DNA of 49,813 bases from Alphaproteobacteria bacterium (GCA_047518225.1 JAKZRK010000088.1:1-49813); one strand, 5' to 3'. Counted from the stretch's first letter, positions 27,641 to 38,783 are shown. Program-made: numbers and translations. The notes: generated from the letters alone by a model not told the origin.

Positions 27641-27886
27641 ATGAAAATCAAGATTGATATTGATTGCAGTCCTCAGGAGGCCCGCGCCTTTCTGGGACTG
27701 CCCGATGTTGCGCCCATGCAGGAGGCTTTGCTGGCGGAGATGCAGAGCCGGATGAAGGATGCCCTGGCCGGGGCGGACATGGAAAGTCTATTGCAGACGT
27801 GGCTGCCCTCCGGACTGCAGGGCTGGGATACACTGCAAAAGACCTTTTTGGCGAAAGCCATGGGGCAGGGCGACCCTAAGGAATAG
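27641..27886 (+). CDS. small conserved hypothetical protein
   Basis: 81-aa ORF (MKIKIDIDCSPQEARAFLGLPDV...). It resembles small alphaproteobacterial proteins of unknown function, but I cannot name the family with confidence. Confidence 0.5.
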   Translation: MKIKIDIDCSPQEARAFLGLPDVAPMQEALLAEMQSRMKDALAGADMESLLQTWLPSGLQGWDTLQKTFLAKAMGQGDPKE

Positions 27887-28022
27887 ATGGGCGCGGTTTT
27901 CTACTAGCGCCGCTATCGCGACGTAAGTGACTGAATTAATTGAGTTATTTAAACGACTCCGGGTTCATTCGAATAACATGTGCTCCAGGGGTCTCGGTGC
28001 TGTTGCATAGGGGAAATGGGCG

Positions 28023-28586
28023 ATGGACGCCATGGAATGCTTAATGGGACGGCAATCGACGCCGGCGGGATTACTGGTGGAACCCGCGCCCAGTGACGGC
28101 GAGGTCCTGACTTTGCTGGAAGCCGCCATGCGGGCGCCGGACCATGGCGCATTGCGGCCCTGGCGGTTTTTGATCATCCGCGGCGAACGGCGCCAGGCTT
28201 TGGGCGATATATTCGCCGCCGCCCTGGCGCAACGAGAGCCTGGGGCGCGACCGGATGATATTGAAAAGGCCAGGGGTAAGCCCATGCGGGCGCCACTGGT
28301 TCTGGCGGTTTGGGCTGAAATTGTCGAGGATCACCCGAAAGTGCCGCCAATTGAACAGGTGGTGGCCACGGGCGCGGCGGTGCAAAATCTGCTGAACGCG
28401 CTACATGCCCAGTGTTACGACGCCATTCTGGTGACCGGGGCGTCCTGCTATGATGAAAACGTCAAGGCGCCCCTGGGCTTGGCCCCCAAGGATGCTCTCG
28501 TCGGCTTCATTCATATTGGCACGGCGAGAAGCACGACCCCGACGAAAAAACGCCCGGATCCGGCGGATTACCTGCAGACGTGGTGA
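28023..28586 (+). CDS. nitroreductase-family protein (YdjA-like)
   Basis: RQSTP...AP.HG.LRPWRF pattern of the small nitroreductase family. Its stop overlaps the mnmE start. Confidence 0.8.
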   Translation: MDAMECLMGRQSTPAGLLVEPAPSDGEVLTLLEAAMRAPDHGALRPWRFLIIRGERRQALGDIFAAALAQREPGARPDDIEKARGKPMRAPLVLAVWAEIVEDHPKVPPIEQVVATGAAVQNLLNALHAQCYDAILVTGASCYDENVKAPLGLAPKDALVGFIHIGTARSTTPTKKRPDPADYLQTW

Positions 28587-29920
28587 TGCCGGCCCTCGGC
28601 GGTCCTAATGATACCATCTATGCCCTGGCGACGGCGCCTGGCCGGGCCGGCGTGGCGGTGCTGCGCATTTCGGGCGCCGGGGCGGGCGCGGCCCTAGGGG
28701 CGGTGATGAGTGGCCGGGACCTTCCCGTCCCGCGCCGGGCCCATTTGACGCCATTTGCCGATCCCGTCAGTGGCGAGACCCTGGACCGTGGCTTGGCGTT
28801 GTGGTTTCCCGCGCCGGATAGTTATACCGGCGAGGACGTGGCCGAATTGCATGGTCATGGCGGCCCGGCGGTGATTACCGCTCTTTTGGAAGCGCTGGGC
28901 CGTCTTCCAGGCTGCCGGCTGGCCCAGGCCGGGGAGTTTACCCGGCGGGCTTTTCAAAACGGCAAAATGGATCTGACCCAGGCCGAGGGCTTGGCGGACC
29001 TGGTCGCCGCGGAGACGGAGGCGCAACGGCGGCAGGCCCAACGGCAGATGGAGGGCGCGCTGGGCCGTCTGTATGAAGGCTGGCGGGCGGACCTGATCGG
29101 CGCCCTGGCGCATTTGGAGGCGGAGATCGACTTTCCCGATGAAGACTTGCCCGGGGATCTTTTGGCGCGGCAAATACCGGTGCTTGAGCGGCTGAGCGCT
29201 GAAATGTCGGCCCATTTGAATGACGGTCGCCGTGGCGAACGGCTGCGAGAGGGCTGCCATATGGTCATCCTGGGCGCGCCCAACGTGGGCAAATCAAGTC
29301 TGTTGAACGCCTTGGCGCAACGGGACGCGGCCATTGTCTCGGCCCAGGCGGGCACCACGCGGGACATCGTGGAGGTGTATATGAACCTGGGTGGCTATCC
29401 GGTGGTATTGGCGGATACCGCCGGTCTGCGGGAAAGCGATGATGAGGTCGAGGTGGAAGGCGTGCGCCGGGCGCGGGCCCGTGGCGAGGGGGCGGATTTG
29501 AAAATTGTGCTCTACGATTGCTCCGTGGCGCCGAAGGCCGGCGCGGAGGTTCGTGCGCTGGCCGGGGAAGATGGTATTTTGGTGGCCAACAAGGTGGATC
29601 TGGCCGTTAGGGCGCCGGCGGATGGCTTGGCGGTATCGACCAAGACCGGCGCGGGGTTGCCGGAATTGATGAGCCGTCTGGAGGCGGAGGCGAAGCTGCG
29701 CATGGTCGGCGGTGGCGCACCGGGTTTGACCCGCCTGCGCCATCGTCAGGGTTTGCAGGATTGCCGGGACGCCCTGTTGCGGGGGCTTGGCGTGGCGGAT
29801 GACGAGCTGGTGGCGGAGGATCTGCGCCTCGCGGCCCGGCATCTGGGGCGTATCACCGGCCGGGTTGATGTGGAAGATATCCTAGATGTTGTGTTCAACG
29901 ACTTCTGCATAGGCAAATAA
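28586..29920 (+). CDS. mnmE: tRNA modification GTPase MnmE
   Basis: TIYALATAPGRAGVAVLRISG N-terminus, G-domain GAPNVGKSSLLN / DTAGLR / NKVD, C-terminal CIGK. ATG 28586 shares one nucleotide with the upstream TGA. Confidence 0.93.
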   Translation: MPALGGPNDTIYALATAPGRAGVAVLRISGAGAGAALGAVMSGRDLPVPRRAHLTPFADPVSGETLDRGLALWFPAPDSYTGEDVAELHGHGGPAVITALLEALGRLPGCRLAQAGEFTRRAFQNGKMDLTQAEGLADLVAAETEAQRRQAQRQMEGALGRLYEGWRADLIGALAHLEAEIDFPDEDLPGDLLARQIPVLERLSAEMSAHLNDGRRGERLREGCHMVILGAPNVGKSSLLNALAQRDAAIVSAQAGTTRDIVEVYMNLGGYPVVLADTAGLRESDDEVEVEGVRRARARGEGADLKIVLYDCSVAPKAGAEVRALAGEDGILVANKVDLAVRAPADGLAVSTKTGAGLPELMSRLEAEAKLRMVGGGAPGLTRLRHRQGLQDCRDALLRGLGVADDELVAEDLRLAARHLGRITGRVDVEDILDVVFNDFCIGK

Positions 29921-29942
29921 GGTAGGTATAACGGTCCTTCCA

Positions 29943-29958
29943 TGTTTCACGTGAAACA
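29943..29958. other. parS centromere site (perfect consensus)
   Basis: TGTTTCACGTGAAACA, a perfect 16-bp palindrome identical to the ParB-binding parS consensus. Located in the mnmE-mnmG intergenic region. Confidence 0.8.
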
Positions 29959-30018
29959 TTGGAAATTTTTCGTGCGGAACTTTTGACTCCGGGACCTTGG
30001 CTGCTTATCTTGCCGGCC

Positions 30019-31881
30019 ATGAACAACTATGATGTCATTGTGGTTGGTGGCGGCCATGCGGGCTGCGAAGCGGCCGCCGCCGCGGCGCGGGTCGGGGCGC
30101 GAACCCTATTGCTGACCCACCGCCTGGATACCATTGGCGAGATGTCGTGCAATCCGGCCATTGGCGGCCTGGGCAAAGGCCATCTGGTGCGCGAGGTAGA
30201 TGCCTTGGATGGCCTCATGGGCCGGGTGGCCGATGCGGCCGGCATACAGTTCCGCATGCTCAATCGAAGCAAGGGGCCGGCGGTACGGGGCCTGCGCGCC
30301 CAGGCCGATCGTGCGCTGTATCGGGCGACCATGCAGGGGGCCTTGGCAGCGGTCGAAAACCTGACCATTCAGGCCGGTGCGGTGGAGGACCTGCTACTGC
30401 GGGATGGCGCCGTGGCGGGGGTCAAACTGGCCGATGGCCAGGCGCTGGCCGGGGCGCGCGTGGTGATCACCACCGGTACATTTTTGCGCGGGCGTATTCA
30501 CATTGGCGAGAAAAACTGGGCCGCGGGCCGGATGGGGGAGGCGCCGGCCATGGGTCTATCGGCGCGGTTTTATGATCTGAATTTGTCCATGGGTCGTCTG
30601 AAAACCGGGACCCCGCCGCGGCTGGATGGACGGACCATTGCCTGGACGCAATTGGAACGGCAGTCGGGCGACCCGCTGCCGGAACCGTTTTCTACCTTGA
30701 CGGAAGCGATCACCAATCCGCAAATTGATTGCCATATTACGGGAACCACGGTGGCGGCGCATGACCTGATCCGCGCCAATCTGGATCGGGCGCCTATTTA
30801 TTCGGGGCAAATCGAGGGCACCGGACCGCGCTACTGCCCCTCTATTGAAGACAAGGTGGTGCGGTTCGCGGATCGTACCCGACATCAAATTTTTCTGGAG
30901 CCCGAAGGCCTGGACGATCATACGGTTTATCCGAACGGCATTTCCACCTCGCTGCCGGAAGACGTTCAAAGGGCCCTGTTACGGGTGATCCCGGGTTTGG
31001 AACAGGCGCGTATGATTCAACCGGGCTATGCCATTGAATATGATTTCATCGATCCGCGGGAGTTGTGGCCAAGCCTGGAGACCCGCCGTTTACCCGGCCT
31101 GTACCTGGCCGGTCAGATTAACGGCACCACCGGATACGAGGAAGCTGCGGCGCAGGGTTTGATGGCGGGGCTGAATGCCGCCATGGCAACGGCGGGCGGC
31201 GCGCCGTTGGTGCTGGACCGGGCCGACGGCTATATCGGTGTGATGATTGACGATCTGGTTACACGGGGCACTCAGGAGCCTTATCGCATGTTCACCTCCC
31301 GCGCGGAATACCGTTTGTTGCTGCGCTCGGACAACGCGGATCAGCGGTTGACCCCTCTGGGCCTGGCCGTGGGCTGTGTGCAGGGACGGCGGGCCGCGGC
31401 CTTTAAGACCAAGCTGGCCGCCCTGGATGATGCGCGGCTGTTCTTGGAGGGCCATCAGGCAACGCCCCATGAAGCCAGCAAGAAAGGAATCCCGGTGAAT
31501 GCGGATGGCCGGCGCCGTACGGGTATGGAATTGCTGGCCTATAAAGATATAGACATGACGCGTTTGGCGGCGCTTTGGCCGGAATTGGCATCCATACCGG
31601 ACTCCATTGCCGCGCAGGTGAAGATCGAAGCCCATTACGCCGGCTACCTGGGCCGGCAGCAGGCGGATATCGAAGCCTACCGGCGGGATGAGGCCCTGGA
31701 ACTTCCCAAAGATTTAAATTACGGCCAGGTGGCGGGATTTTCCAATGAAGTACGGGAAAAGCTGAAACGCCACGGCCCGGCGACATTGGGGGCCGCCGCC
31801 CGGATACCTGGCATGACGCCGGCGGCGCTGACGATCTTGCTGGCCCACGTGCGCCGTGGCAAACGGCGCGCCGTTGCCTAA
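30019..31881 (+). CDS. mnmG: tRNA uridine 5-carboxymethylaminomethyl modification enzyme MnmG
   Basis: [19 protein letters not shown] motif, [38 protein letters not shown] 30019 preferred over the track start 29959. Confidence 0.95.
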   Translation: MNNYDVIVVGGGHAGCEAAAAAARVGARTLLLTHRLDTIGEMSCNPAIGGLGKGHLVREVDALDGLMGRVADAAGIQFRMLNRSKGPAVRGLRAQADRALYRATMQGALAAVENLTIQAGAVEDLLLRDGAVAGVKLADGQALAGARVVITTGTFLRGRIHIGEKNWAAGRMGEAPAMGLSARFYDLNLSMGRLKTGTPPRLDGRTIAWTQLERQSGDPLPEPFSTLTEAITNPQIDCHITGTTVAAHDLIRANLDRAPIYSGQIEGTGPRYCPSIEDKVVRFADRTRHQIFLEPEGLDDHTVYPNGISTSLPEDVQRALLRVIPGLEQARMIQPGYAIEYDFIDPRELWPSLETRRLPGLYLAGQINGTTGYEEAAAQGLMAGLNAAMATAGGAPLVLDRADGYIGVMIDDLVTRGTQEPYRMFTSRAEYRLLLRSDNADQRLTPLGLAVGCVQGRRAAAFKTKLAALDDARLFLEGHQATPHEASKKGIPVNADGRRRTGMELLAYKDIDMTRLAALWPELASIPDSIAAQVKIEAHYAGYLGRQQADIEAYRRDEALELPKDLNYGQVAGFSNEVREKLKRHGPATLGAAARIPGMTPAALTILLAHVRRGKRRAVA

Positions 31882-31918
31882 AAACCCTAATCCAGGACGC
31901 CCTCGGACGTCCGCACCC

Positions 31919-32539
31919 ATGACCGTGGCGGAATTTCGGATGGCAGCCAATGTTTCACGTGAAACATTGGCCCGCCTTGAAGCCTACGCTGCGCTGTTGC
32001 GCAAATGGAACCGGCGCATCAATCTGGTCAGCCGGCGCAGTCTGGAAGATCTTTGGCGGCGCCATATACTCGATTCGATCCAACTTTACCAATTTTATGA
32101 AACTGGCGCGACCGATGAGACCTTGGCGCCTTGGCTGGACTTGGGCAGCGGGGCCGGCTTCCCCGGCCTGGTTTTGGCCATCGCCGGCGTTAGGGATGTT
32201 CATCTCGTGGAAAGCGATGGTCGGAAATGTGCCTTCCTGCGCGAGGCGGCGCGGATTACCGGTGCGGAAGTGACTGTGCATAATGAAAGAATCGAAGTCT
32301 TGTCCCCTCAGGGCGCCCAAACCATTACCGCCCGGGCCCTGGCGCCGCTGCCCCGGCTGCTGCCCCTGGCCTATGGGCATCTGATCCCCGGCGGCCAAAT
32401 AATATTGCTGAAGGGACAAGATGTTGTTGTCGAATTGACGAAAGCCACAAAATGTTGGAATATGAGCGTGCGACACATCCCAAGCGTGACGGATGAGTCA
32501 GGCTCTATTTTACAGCTGACGGAGATATCCCGTGTCTGA
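31919..32539 (+). CDS. rsmG: 16S rRNA (guanine527-N7)-methyltransferase RsmG
   Basis: VSRETLARLEAYAALLRKWN, GSGAGFPG SAM motif. The start is 31919 or 31940; the track start 31856 overlaps mnmG. Confidence 0.9.
   Translation: MTVAEFRMAANVSRETLARLEAYAALLRKWNRRINLVSRRSLEDLWRRHILDSIQLYQFYETGATDETLAPWLDLGSGAGFPGLVLAIAGVRDVHLVESDGRKCAFLREAARITGAEVTVHNERIEVLSPQGAQTITARALAPLPRLLPLAYGHLIPGGQIILLKGQDVVVELTKATKCWNMSVRHIPSVTDESGSILQLTEISRV
31951..31966. other. parS centromere site (perfect consensus) embedded in the rsmG 5' coding region
   Basis: TGTTTCACGTGAAACA. The palindrome extends to 24 bp, CCAATGTTTCACGTGAAACATTGG (31947-31970), and encodes the NVSRET motif of RsmG. Confidence 0.8.
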
Positions 32540-33401
32540 TGTTCCCTTACCTAAAGATCAAGATTCCAATATGGCCGTCGTGGATGCCGCTAAATCGGCG
32601 CGCGAGGGCCAGGCCAAACGGCCACAGATCATTGCCATTGCCAATCAAAAGGGCGGCGTGGGTAAAACCACCACCGCCATCAATCTGGGTACCGGCCTGG
32701 CGGCAATCGGCCGGCGCGTGCTGGTGGTGGATCTGGACCCCCAAGGCAATGCCAGCACCGGCCTGGGCATCGACCGTACCAACCGTCATGTCAGCTCCTA
32801 CGATGTCCTGATGGGCGAGGCGACCGTGGCCCAGGCCCTGGTGGCGACGGCCGTCCCCGGCTTGTGCATCATTCCCTCTACCATCGATTTGACCGGGGCC
32901 GAGCTGGAATTGATCGATATGCCGCGCCGGGCCTATCGCCTGCGCGAGGCCCTGGTGGCCGGGGCCGAGGATCTGGACTATGTCTTGATCGATAGTCCGC
33001 CATCCCTAAACCTGTTGACCGTCAATGCCTTGGTGGCGGCGAAGTCGGTGGTGGTGCCCTTGCAATGCGAATTTTTCGCCCTCGAAGGCCTGTCCATGTT
33101 GATCAAAACCATCGACCGCATCCGCACGGGTTTTAATGCGGAACTGGAAATCCTAGGCGTTGTCTTGACCATGTATGACAAGCGCAATAACCTCTCCGAC
33201 CAGGTGGCCGCGGATGTGCGTGGCTTTCTGGGCGACAAGGTTTATAAAACTATTATTCCACGTAACGTCCGGGTGTCGGAGGCGCCATCCCATGGCAAAC
33301 CGGCCTTGTTGTATGATCACAAATGCGCCGGCAGCCTGGCCTATATGCAATTGGCCAGCGAAATGCTGCGGCGCGAGCGCCTAGCAGCAGCAGCGGCATG
33401 A
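32532..33401 (+). CDS. parA: chromosome partitioning ATPase ParA
   Basis: Deviant Walker A NQKGGVGKTT, and ParA-type DLDPQGN. GTG 32532 is preceded by GGAGAT and overlaps the rsmG stop. Confidence 0.93.
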   Translation: MSDVPLPKDQDSNMAVVDAAKSAREGQAKRPQIIAIANQKGGVGKTTTAINLGTGLAAIGRRVLVVDLDPQGNASTGLGIDRTNRHVSSYDVLMGEATVAQALVATAVPGLCIIPSTIDLTGAELELIDMPRRAYRLREALVAGAEDLDYVLIDSPPSLNLLTVNALVAAKSVVVPLQCEFFALEGLSMLIKTIDRIRTGFNAELEILGVVLTMYDKRNNLSDQVAADVRGFLGDKVYKTIIPRNVRVSEAPSHGKPALLYDHKCAGSLAYMQLASEMLRRERLAAAAA

Positions 33402-34282
33402 GCGAGGAGCAACCCCGCAAGGGTCTTGGCCGCGGCCTCTCGGCTCTGCTGGCGGAGGATCCCGACGACCAGCCGGCGTTGGACCGCCTGCGTGTGGGAC
33501 GGACAGTGCCCATCGAAAGCCTGGTGCCGAACCGTTATCAGCCGCGGCACAATTTCGATCCAGAAGAATTGCAAGCCCTGACCCAATCGGTTCGGGAAAA
33601 CGGCATTCTGATGCCGATCCTGGTGCGCCGTATTGGCGAGAGCAAACACAACTTCGAAATCGTCGCGGGTGAACGCCGCTGGCGCGCCGCCCAGGCCGCG
33701 CAATTGTACGAAGTACCGGTTATTGTCAAGGAGTTAGACGATAGTCAGGCCCTGGAAGTGGCCTTGATCGAAAATGTCCAGCGGCAGGATCTGACGCCGT
33801 TGGAAGAGGCGGAAGGCTACCGCCGCCTGATGCACGAGTTCGCCAATACACAGGAAGACCTGGCCCGCGCGGTGGGAAAAAGCCGTAGCCACGTGGCCAA
33901 TATGATGCGCCTTTTGGCCTTGCCCGAAGGGGTAAAAGCCCTGTTGCAGGCCGGCAGTCTGTCCGCCGGTCATGGCCGGGCCCTGTTGGGGGCCGAGGAC
34001 CCGGAAACCCTGGCCCAAACCGTGGTGCGCCAAGGCCTGAACGTGCGTCAGACGGAAAATTTGGCGAAAAAACCGCAAAAAACAGCGGATACAACGGCAC
34101 CATCGCTTGCCTCGGGGCAGGACGAAAATTCCCGGGCCATGGAAAAACAACTATCGGAAAAGCTGGGCCTGACGGTAAAAATCAGCCATCGGGGAGAGCG
34201 CGGCGAAGTGCGCATAGCCTTCACCTCGCTGGATCAATTCGACGAAATTCTCAAACGTTTAAGCCAACAGCTATCGTCGTGA
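33398..34282 (+). CDS. parB: chromosome partitioning protein ParB
   Basis: GLGRGLSALL N-terminus, ParB box (GERRWRAA), HTH region. ATG 33398 forms an ATGA overlap with the parA stop. Confidence 0.93.
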   Translation: MSEEQPRKGLGRGLSALLAEDPDDQPALDRLRVGRTVPIESLVPNRYQPRHNFDPEELQALTQSVRENGILMPILVRRIGESKHNFEIVAGERRWRAAQAAQLYEVPVIVKELDDSQALEVALIENVQRQDLTPLEEAEGYRRLMHEFANTQEDLARAVGKSRSHVANMMRLLALPEGVKALLQAGSLSAGHGRALLGAEDPETLAQTVVRQGLNVRQTENLAKKPQKTADTTAPSLASGQDENSRAMEKQLSEKLGLTVKISHRGERGEVRIAFTSLDQFDEILKRLSQQLSS

Positions 34283-34285
34283 CAA

Positions 34286-34303
34286 AATAGCCCGGAACCG
34301 CTC
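34286..34303. repeat. solo terminal-repeat fragment of the 40423-type MITE family
   Basis: AATAGCCCGGAACCGCTC is identical to the reverse complement of 40427-40444 (GAGCGGTTCCGGGCTATT). It lies in the 25-bp gap between the convergent parB and holA stops. Confidence 0.45.
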
Positions 34304-34307
34304 CAGC

Positions 34308-35354
34308 CTATGGGCCGGAACGGGGCCGGGCGGCGTTGGCAATTCGGATCAGGGCCCGGCCGCAAATTGCATCGGCGGGAAGACCGGTGGTTTTACAATC
34401 CAATTCGGCCTGGGTCAGAATGTTCAGGGCCTGGGCCAGACGCCGCGGGCGCCAATCCTGCAATTGCCTTTGCATCCGCGGTTGATGCTTGAAAAAAATG
34501 GGCGGCCGATGGGATTTGATCAATTGGCCGATATCACCGCCCTCGGCCGCTTTCAGGGAGAGCAAATGTAATCGTTGCAAGTGACGGATCACGGCGCGCA
34601 AAATGGCGATGGGCGATTCCCCGGCGACCCGGCATTTCATCAGGGCCCGGTCCAGGCCCGCCTGGTCGCCGCTCGCCGTTGCCAGGGCGACGTCATCCCG
34701 GGCCATGGGGGCGCCATCCCCCACATTGGCCTCGGCATCGTCCAAGCTGACCGCGCCGCCGTTCCGCCCCTTGTATAATGCCAGTTTTTCTAGTTCCGAC
34801 CGGGTGATCTGGCGATCCGTGCCCAAATTATCGCTCAAATAGGCCATGGCCGAAGGTTCGACTTGCAAGCCGTGCCGGCCCATGATCTCGGCGGTCAAGG
34901 CCTCCAACGAACGGCCGTCATCCAGATAACAGGGGACCGCCGCGGCGCGATCGCTTGTTTCGAATAGTTTTCGCAGACTATCCCGCGGCGCCAACGTCCC
35001 CGCCTCAACCAGCAGTAAGCTGTCCGAGGCGGAAATAGCCGGGTCATTCAAAACCGCTTGGATGGCGGCGCTATTGCCGTTCCCGGCCCCGCCCAGGCGA
35101 ACCAGGCGCCGCCCCCCGGTCAAGGACAACGCGGCCATTTCATCGAACAGCCGCGTTGGCTCCTCCTTCAGCATGGCGGCGTTCACCTCGGCCACACGAA
35201 ACGGATCGTTGGGATCGTCCACCACGGTGGCAGCCAGGCGGGCCGCGCGCTCGCGCACCAGGCCATTATCCTCACCGTACAGCAAGACGGCCACAATTCC
35301 GGCCTGGGGCGCATCCAAAAACGCTTCGATGGCGCGGTTAGCGACTTTCACCAT
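34308..35354 (-). CDS. holA: DNA polymerase III subunit delta
   Basis: Its size and its position downstream of lptE-leuS fit holA, as does a delta-subunit-like sequence (VLLYGEDNGLVRE...). Motif-level confidence is moderate. Confidence 0.8.
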   Translation of the reverse strand: MVKVANRAIEAFLDAPQAGIVAVLLYGEDNGLVRERAARLAATVVDDPNDPFRVAEVNAAMLKEEPTRLFDEMAALSLTGGRRLVRLGGAGNGNSAAIQAVLNDPAISASDSLLLVEAGTLAPRDSLRKLFETSDRAAAVPCYLDDGRSLEALTAEIMGRHGLQVEPSAMAYLSDNLGTDRQITRSELEKLALYKGRNGGAVSLDDAEANVGDGAPMARDDVALATASGDQAGLDRALMKCRVAGESPIAILRAVIRHLQRLHLLSLKAAEGGDIGQLIKSHRPPIFFKHQPRMQRQLQDWRPRRLAQALNILTQAELDCKTTGLPADAICGRALIRIANAARPRSGP

Positions 35355-35371
35355 GGCGCCCGTTCAATCTC

Positions 35372-35929
35372 TCAACCGCGCCGACGGGAAAAATATACCG
35401 CTATGCGGTTTTGAATCCCTTCGGCCACGCTGTGGGCGGCGCGTTTGCGGGCGTCCCTTTCACTGATCAGATTGGCATAGTCCGAGCGCACCACATTATA
35501 GGCCGCAATGGCCCGTGTGGCGCCGTTTAGCAACTCGGCGCCGTTACGGGTGTCGGTTAAACGAAATTTGGCAATCAGGCGCAGATTGTAGCGGGTCGTG
35601 CTATCATCCTGTTGAATTGCCAGACCCTCCCGGCTCTCGTCGAGGGTAACAACCAAGCGGAATACGGGCCGATCCACCATGCCGCGCGGGTGCAGCAGGT
35701 CCAGCAGTTGGTTGCGCACCGATTGTCCGACACGGTCGCCAATCGGGACGACCTCCACATAGGCCATGTCGCTTATGGTATTGCCGCCAACAATTGTCGA
35801 ATTAGCCATAGGATTTACACGCCTACCGTGTAAAGGTTGAAAGCCGCAGCCCGGCAAGAAACCCGCCATGACACCGCATATTAGCGCAACCGCCAAATAC
35901 CGACTGCCGTACAAACTAGACAACAACAT
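35372..35929 (-). CDS. lptE: LPS-assembly lipoprotein LptE
   Basis: Signal peptide plus lipobox (FLPGCGF) after ATG 35929. Conserved leuS-lptE-holA order. Overlaps the leuS 3' end by 14 nt. Confidence 0.75.
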   Translation of the reverse strand: MLLSSLYGSRYLAVALICGVMAGFLPGCGFQPLHGRRVNPMANSTIVGGNTISDMAYVEVVPIGDRVGQSVRNQLLDLLHPRGMVDRPVFRLVVTLDESREGLAIQQDDSTTRYNLRLIAKFRLTDTRNGAELLNGATRAIAAYNVVRSDYANLISERDARKRAAHSVAEGIQNRIAVYFSRRRG

Positions 35930-38498
35930 TGACAATACGGTTGGGTACGACGATGACCCGGCGCACCGTCTTATTCGCCACCGCCGCCTTGACCTTGTCC
36001 AATGCCAGGGCCGCCTCCCGCACATCATTCTCGGGCTGGTCGCGCTCAATTTCTAGCGTCGCACGAACTTTCCCGTTCAATTGCACGGCAATGGTGATGA
36101 TGTTTTCCACCAACAGGCGTTGGTCAACCGTGGGCCAAGGCGCGTCCGCCAACAGCCCGCCCCGGCCCAGGGCCTGCCAGGCTTCTTCCGCCAGGTGGGG
36201 CATCATGGGTCCGATCATGACCACCAGGGTTTCAATGGCTTCCCGCTGGGCCCAGCGCTCGCCCGCGGCCCCTTCCCCCGGGCCATCTTCCGCCCTAAAG
36301 GATCCCAGCGCATTGGCCAATTCATATAGCCGGGCCACGGAAACATTGAACTGAAACCGTTCTATGCCATCGGTCACGGCCGCGATGGCCCGATGGGTAA
36401 TACGGCGCAGTGTCAGCGCCCGGTCGCTGAAACGTTCCGGCTCAGCCAGCCCGGCCGCCGGCAAATCGGCGGCGGCTTCCTCAATAATGCGCCAGATTCT
36501 GCCCGTAAAGCGCCAGGCGCCTTCAATACCGCCGTCGGTCCATTCCAAATCCCGCTCCGGCGGGCTATCGGATAGCATGAACCAACGGGCCGTGTCGGCG
36601 CCATAGCGCTCGATGATATCTTCCGGATCAATGACATTCTTGCGGGATTTGGACATTTTTTCGGATCGGCCGGTGGTCACTGCGGCGTTATTGTCAATGC
36701 GGATAACCCGCCCGGCATCATTGCGGGTCACTTCCGCCGGTTCCAGCATGTTGCCATCTTCGTCCCGATAGGTCTCGTGACATACCATTCCTTGGGTAAA
36801 TAGTCCGGCAAATGGCTCGATAACCCCCAAATGGCCGCTCATTTGTATGGCGCGGGTATAAAACCGGGCATAAAGCAGATGCAAAATGGCATGTTCGACG
36901 CCGCCGATGTATTGATCTACCGGCAACCAGTAGTCCACCGCCGCCCGGTCCAGGGGCCGTTCCGCGTGGGGACTGCAAAACCGGGCAAAATACCAGGACG
37001 AATCCACAAAGGTGTCAAAAGTATCCGTTTCCCGCCGGGCCGGTTGGCCGCAGGTGGGACAGTCCGTCGCACCCCAGGTGGGATGGCGGTCCAGGGGGTT
37101 GCCGGGGCGGTCAAAGGTCACGTCATCGGGTAGTGTAACGGGCAGGTCGGCCTCATGCACGGCCACCACGCCACAGTCATCGCAATGGACCACCGGGATG
37201 GGACAACCCCAATAGCGTTGCCGGGACACGCCCCAGTCGCGCAGGCGATACATAATCTCCCGGGCACCGAATTCCCCTTCTTCGGCCCGCCGTGCCACTT
37301 CCCCCTTGGCATCATCAATGCTCATACCATCAAGAAATTCGGAATTCGCCAGCCGCCCAGGCCCCGTATAGGCCTCCCTATCGATGGAAAAATCAGCGGC
37401 TTCGGTTCCCTCAGGGACCACAACGGGCCGTACAGCCAGATTATATTTGCGGGCAAATTCCAAATCCCGCTGATCATGGGCCGGACAGCCGAATATGGCG
37501 CCCGTGCCATAGTCGATCAGAACGAAAGTCGCGATATAAACCGGCAATTCGACATTCGCCAGGAACGGATGCCGGGCCCGCAGGCCGGTATCGAAACCCA
37601 TCTTTTCGGCTGTTTCAACGGCCTCTTCCGAAGTACCCTGGCGCCGGCACTCCGCGACAAAGGCGGCAATTTCAGGGTTGTCCGCCGCCAGCGCGGCGGT
37701 CTGGGGATGATCCGGCGACAGGGCCAGAAAAGAAGCACCAAAAATAGTATCAGGCCGGGTGGTGAATACCTCGATCTCAACGTCCCGATGCTTGACGGCA
37801 AAGCGTAATTTGGCGCCTTCGGAACGGCCGATCCAGTTGGCCTGCATCAAGCGGACTTTGTCGGGCCAACGGTCCAGTTCGCCCAAGGCATCGAGCAACT
37901 CATCCTCGAATGCGGTAATGCGGAAGAACCATTGCGACAACTGCCGTCGTTCCGCCGGCACGCCAGAGCGCCAGCCGCGGCCATCGATCACTTGTTCGTT
38001 GGCCAGGACCGTATGTTCGGCCGGGTCCCAATTGACCCAGGATTCCCGGCGATAGGCCAGATCGCTCCTTAATAGATCCAGGAACAGTTTTTGCTGATGC
38101 CGATAATAATCCACATCACAAGTGGCGAATTCCCGCGACCAATCCAGGGACAGTCCCATGGCTTGCAATTGGCTGCGCATTTTAGCGATGTTTTCGTAGG
38201 TCCACTTGGCGGGATGGATTTGCTTCTCCAGGGCCGCGTTTTCCGCCGGCAACCCGAAAGCGTCCCAGCCCATGGGATGCAGCACGTTGAAACCACGGGC
38301 CCGTTTAAACCGCGCGACCACATCGCCCATGGCATAATTGCGCACATGACCCATATGAATGCGTCCCGAGGGATAGGGAAACATCTCCAGGACATAGTAT
38401 TTCGGTTTATCGGGGTCTTCCACCGCCCGAAAGGTCATGGCGGCCGTCCAGGCCGCCTGCCATTTCGCCTCGGTGGTTTTGGCATTGTAACGCGCCAT
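35916..38498 (-). CDS. leuS: leucine--tRNA ligase
   Basis: Class I motifs HMGH ([15 protein letters not shown]) and [20 protein letters not shown]-terminus at ATG 38498. Confidence 0.95.
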   Translation of the reverse strand: MARYNAKTTEAKWQAAWTAAMTFRAVEDPDKPKYYVLEMFPYPSGRIHMGHVRNYAMGDVVARFKRARGFNVLHPMGWDAFGLPAENAALEKQIHPAKWTYENIAKMRSQLQAMGLSLDWSREFATCDVDYYRHQQKLFLDLLRSDLAYRRESWVNWDPAEHTVLANEQVIDGRGWRSGVPAERRQLSQWFFRITAFEDELLDALGELDRWPDKVRLMQANWIGRSEGAKLRFAVKHRDVEIEVFTTRPDTIFGASFLALSPDHPQTAALAADNPEIAAFVAECRRQGTSEEAVETAEKMGFDTGLRARHPFLANVELPVYIATFVLIDYGTGAIFGCPAHDQRDLEFARKYNLAVRPVVVPEGTEAADFSIDREAYTGPGRLANSEFLDGMSIDDAKGEVARRAEEGEFGAREIMYRLRDWGVSRQRYWGCPIPVVHCDDCGVVAVHEADLPVTLPDDVTFDRPGNPLDRHPTWGATDCPTCGQPARRETDTFDTFVDSSWYFARFCSPHAERPLDRAAVDYWLPVDQYIGGVEHAILHLLYARFYTRAIQMSGHLGVIEPFAGLFTQGMVCHETYRDEDGNMLEPAEVTRNDAGRVIRIDNNAAVTTGRSEKMSKSRKNVIDPEDIIERYGADTARWFMLSDSPPERDLEWTDGGIEGAWRFTGRIWRIIEEAAADLPAAGLAEPERFSDRALTLRRITHRAIAAVTDGIERFQFNVSVARLYELANALGSFRAEDGPGEGAAGERWAQREAIETLVVMIGPMMPHLAEEAWQALGRGGLLADAPWPTVDQRLLVENIITIAVQLNGKVRATLEIERDQPENDVREAALALDKVKAAVANKTVRRVIVVPNRIVNVVV

Positions 38499-38783
38499 GG
38501 ACTTCATTCTCCCCGGCCGCTCCATGAGCGGAGGACCCAATCGTATGCACTAGCACATTTAATCTTAATGTGCCCGGATTCCTTAAATTAGAGCAATTGA
38601 ACCAATCACTTAAGTCGCATTTGCTAGCCCATTTAATTGAAATTCGCTCTCATGGCGCACCGCCGGGCTATACCGGGCGCATCTATACAAGGTTTTCGCA
38701 AAACCCGGGGAACCCGACAATACGCCACGTGCGCCAGAGATAAATGGGCGAAAACAACGATGGTCCGCGCGGGTTTCTATTCC

